Virus record (IMG/VR): IMGVR_UViG_3300044507_000128
Location: 1-29,038 of that record
Strand: one strand, 5' to 3'
DNA: 29,038 nt
DNA from: a virus
Taxonomy: Duplodnaviria; Caudoviricetes
Position numbers and translations under genes: made by a program. Numbering within the stretch: the first letter of the stretch is position 1; every line of letters begins with the position of its first letter. The notes under the pieces were generated by a model. It had not been told where the DNA came from, made no database searches, and saw only the letters and a program-made list of their open reading frames with translations. Positions 27,124 to 29,038 of this stretch are shown here, piece after piece.

Positions 27124-27413
27124 AACGTTCAGAGATGATTAAAACACTAGTTGAAACTCATGGTTCATACGACCTATGGGAACAACAATGTGAGTATATG
27201 CTTAGAATCATAGAGTCTGTAGGTATGAAACCACCACGATTAGATGAAGAGACTTGTCAAGCTATAATGTCCATATACATTGGCGGTTGTTCTTTTAACC
27301 AATGGGATGAAGATACAGCTAAAGACACAAAAGTTACAGAAGCACTACAAAGAAGAGCTAAAGCAAGAGAAACTAGAGTCATAAAAGCTAAGGAAAGACG
27401 AAGTAAAGTATGA
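27120..27413 (+). CDS. Hypothetical protein
   Basis: Start moved to ATG 27120 (ATGA overlap): MKRSEMIK... Confidence 0.68.
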   Translation: MKRSEMIKTLVETHGSYDLWEQQCEYMLRIIESVGMKPPRLDEETCQAIMSIYIGGCSFNQWDEDTAKDTKVTEALQRRAKARETRVIKAKERRSKV

Positions 27414-27610
27414 CTCAAGGTATAAATATTATCTTAAAGGTAGCCGGAGCAGAGATTCGATATGGAAAATATGTTGAAGATCTAAGTTTTGACGATATGG
27501 TTAGAGTTCATATAACTTCTTATCTTGAGAAGAACAGAGTAAAAGAACTAACCTCAACACAAGAGTTCGATTATCTAGCTCATAGATCGGATGTATATGA
27601 AGATTCTTGA
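27410..27610 (+). CDS. Hypothetical protein
   Basis: 66 aa, ATGA overlap. Confidence 0.6.
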   Translation: MTQGINIILKVAGAEIRYGKYVEDLSFDDMVRVHITSYLEKNRVKELTSTQEFDYLAHRSDVYEDS

Positions 27611-27722
27611 ATCCGTTGAGAAATATCTTAAGATCATAGCAATTTGCGTTATGACGTTTGGCGTTGCTTTTATAGCCATGAGTTTGATTCTAGCTAACCT
27701 TGACAAAGTATTCAAAGATTAA
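27597..27722 (+). CDS. 41-aa single-TM peptide
   Basis: Manual translation MKILESVEKYLKIIAICVMTFGVAFIAMSLILANLDKVFKD. Confidence 0.5.
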   Translation: MKILESVEKYLKIIAICVMTFGVAFIAMSLILANLDKVFKD

Positions 27723-27729
27723 GTATAAT
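27700..27729 (+). promoter_or_regulatory. Sigma-70-type promoter with perfect hexamers
   Basis: TTGACA (27700-27705), 18 nt, TATAAT (27724-27729). Confidence 0.8.
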
Positions 27730-27735
27730 TAAAAT

Positions 27736-27958
27736 TCCTCTTTCAGCCAGTGTGAAAGCTTCTAGTAGCTTAAGCAAAGCCTTGCTTCGTAAGCAAGAAG
27801 ATGTGAGAGTGCATGCTCACCTAGATATAGAACACATACTGACTATTTGGTAATTACCGTCGGTTGTCTGAAATTTGTTTCTCCGAGAGTAGTCTATAGC
27901 GAAAGCGGAGATAGGACAGTGGAACTAGCGAACCACCTGGAAGAGGACCCGAAAGGGT
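27736..27958 (+). ncRNA. Unclassified structured non-coding RNA candidate (about 220 nt, multi-stem, possible pseudoknot)
   Basis: Intergenic and more GC-rich than its flanks. 11-bp closing helix 27736-27746/27937-27947, at least six internal helices, terminal ACCC-GAAA-GGGT hairpin; 5' end coincides with the predicted +1. Confidence 0.7.
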
Positions 27959-27970
27959 AGAAAGAATCAT

Positions 27971-28144
27971 ATGAAGAAATTATTTTATACCATATGCGAC
28001 GGTTGTAGACTTATAATCACTGAACCAAGATCTGCGATTAGAATTAAAGGTAAGAAACGTGAACTGCATTATTGCGATACATCTTGTGCTAAAACTTATA
28101 ACATGGAACTTAGAAGATCAATAAGTAGTTTTTTAGACAAATAA
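27971..28144 (+). CDS. 57-aa zinc-finger protein (TRASH/YHS/FCS-like CxxC...HYCxxxC)
   Basis: Manual translation MKKLFYTICDGCRLIITEPRSAIRIKGKKRELHYCDTSCAKTYNMELRRSISSFLDK. Confidence 0.65.
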   Translation: MKKLFYTICDGCRLIITEPRSAIRIKGKKRELHYCDTSCAKTYNMELRRSISSFLDK

Positions 28145-28229
28145 TTCTATATTCTAACATGTTAAATCATCTAAATATCTGAAATCACTGAACAGTCAAC
28201 AAAACTTATCATCACTATAATGATAATTT

Positions 28230-28283
28230 GTACATATATAAATATACTTTTAACGATAAAAAGTACATATATAAGTATACTTT
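28230..28283. repeat. 21-bp direct repeat GTACATATATAA[A/G]TATACTTT x2
   Basis: Copies at 28230-28250 and 28263-28283, one mismatch, 33-bp period, in a very AT-rich intergenic stretch. Confidence 0.8.
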
Positions 28284-28390
28284 CTCAATTCAATACACTA
28301 TTAAATTATTTAATTCTAAATCTCATTAACGTATGTTAAAGTGTTAGAGAAGTGAATGTCTTACAACTAACTGTATTAAAGGGAGAAAAG

Positions 28391-29038
28391 ATGAAGAAAT
28401 TATTATTCGTATCATTAACTATCTTAGCAGCTGCGTGCTCTAAGGATAGATCAGTAGAAGCTACCGTTACTGCGCACGATGGAAACAACGGATCAAACGG
28501 TCACTCGATCGTAAGCGTATATCAAGAAGCGTCAAGTTTAGAGTGTGCTAACTCTGGTTCGCGTCTTGATATGTATCTAGATACTGATGACTCTTTAACA
28601 GCAAGCGAAGGTGATGTATATCTTAACAGTTTGGTTGTATGCAATGGTTCAAACGGATTAAATGGTCAAGATGGACTTATCGGTGAGCAAGGTCCACAAG
28701 GAGATATTGGTCCTCAAGGTGAAGCAGGTAGCGACGGTTCACCGGGACTCCCAGGTCCAACTGGTCCAGTAGGTTCTCAAGGTCCACAAGGAATCCAAGG
28801 TCCTGCAGGAAGTTCAGGAGCTACAATTGTTTCTTACGCAGCAAGTTCTTGCACTCTCATCGCTGGAACATCAGACTACGTGAAAGCAAGTAACACTAAC
28901 TTCAACATCTACTCAAGTAGTTCTTGCCCTAACTCAGACAAGATCGCAGAAGTTTCTCAAGGTGAATCTTACTGGGTATCGTCAAGCGCTCTTGCGGTAT
29001 GGTCTAATGGTTCTTTACGCGTAATTACGTTTAACTAA
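28391..29038 (+). CDS. Collagen-like lipoprotein
   Basis: Start moved to ATG 28391 (GGGAG site). Signal MKKLLFVSLTILAAA-C with lipobox; 20 uninterrupted G-X-Y triplets at 28646-28825; Cys-containing flanking domains. Confidence 0.85.
   Translation: MKKLLFVSLTILAAACSKDRSVEATVTAHDGNNGSNGHSIVSVYQEASSLECANSGSRLDMYLDTDDSLTASEGDVYLNSLVVCNGSNGLNGQDGLIGEQGPQGDIGPQGEAGSDGSPGLPGPTGPVGSQGPQGIQGPAGSSGATIVSYAASSCTLIAGTSDYVKASNTNFNIYSSSSCPNSDKIAEVSQGESYWVSSSALAVWSNGSLRVITFN

Noticed and set aside
27736-27958. tRNA, tmRNA, RNase P, FMN or c-di-GMP riboswitch identity for the structured RNA
   Set aside because: No TTCRA arm or CCA end, no GAGGAAAGTCC, and only short superficial matches to riboswitch consensus strings; left unclassified pending an Rfam search.
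28230-28283. Mini-CRISPR array
   Set aside because: Only two 21-bp copies with a 12-nt gap; no cas genes.
1-29038. Stop-codon reassignment
   Set aside because: Long ORFs are intact under the standard code, and TAA, TGA and TAG all end genes at sensible, often coupled, boundaries.

Overview
AT-rich segment of a large contractile-tailed (myovirus-type) phage; standard genetic code fits. No capsid, terminase, integrase, tRNA, CRISPR or reverse transcriptase is visible. Positions 1-20175 (minus strand) are a tail/baseplate operon. In transcription order: two tail assembly chaperones, tape measure, hub, spike, an unknown protein, a tube-initiator/LysM/gp25 fusion, a greatly enlarged baseplate J, a wedge protein and three fibre-type proteins. 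A repeated TGATATAATT promoter motif punctuates it. A divergent plus-strand cassette (20271-23384) of small early-type genes, including a prodomain-less subtilisin and a run of tiny membrane peptides, follows two sigma-28 (FliA)-consensus promoters. Each of these promoters is followed by a hairpin with the same AAUAAA loop but a different stem. A three-gene minus-strand unit (23396-24952) carries a tail tube gene with no adjacent sheath gene. A second plus-strand block encodes a DEDDh exonuclease, an HNH-type endonuclease, small proteins and a collagen-like lipoprotein. The most striking unannotated element is a roughly 220-nt, multi-stem, probably pseudoknotted non-coding RNA candidate (27736-27958) starting exactly where a perfect TTGACA-N18-TATAAT promoter would initiate. 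All product calls come from motif recognition by eye; no database search was run.
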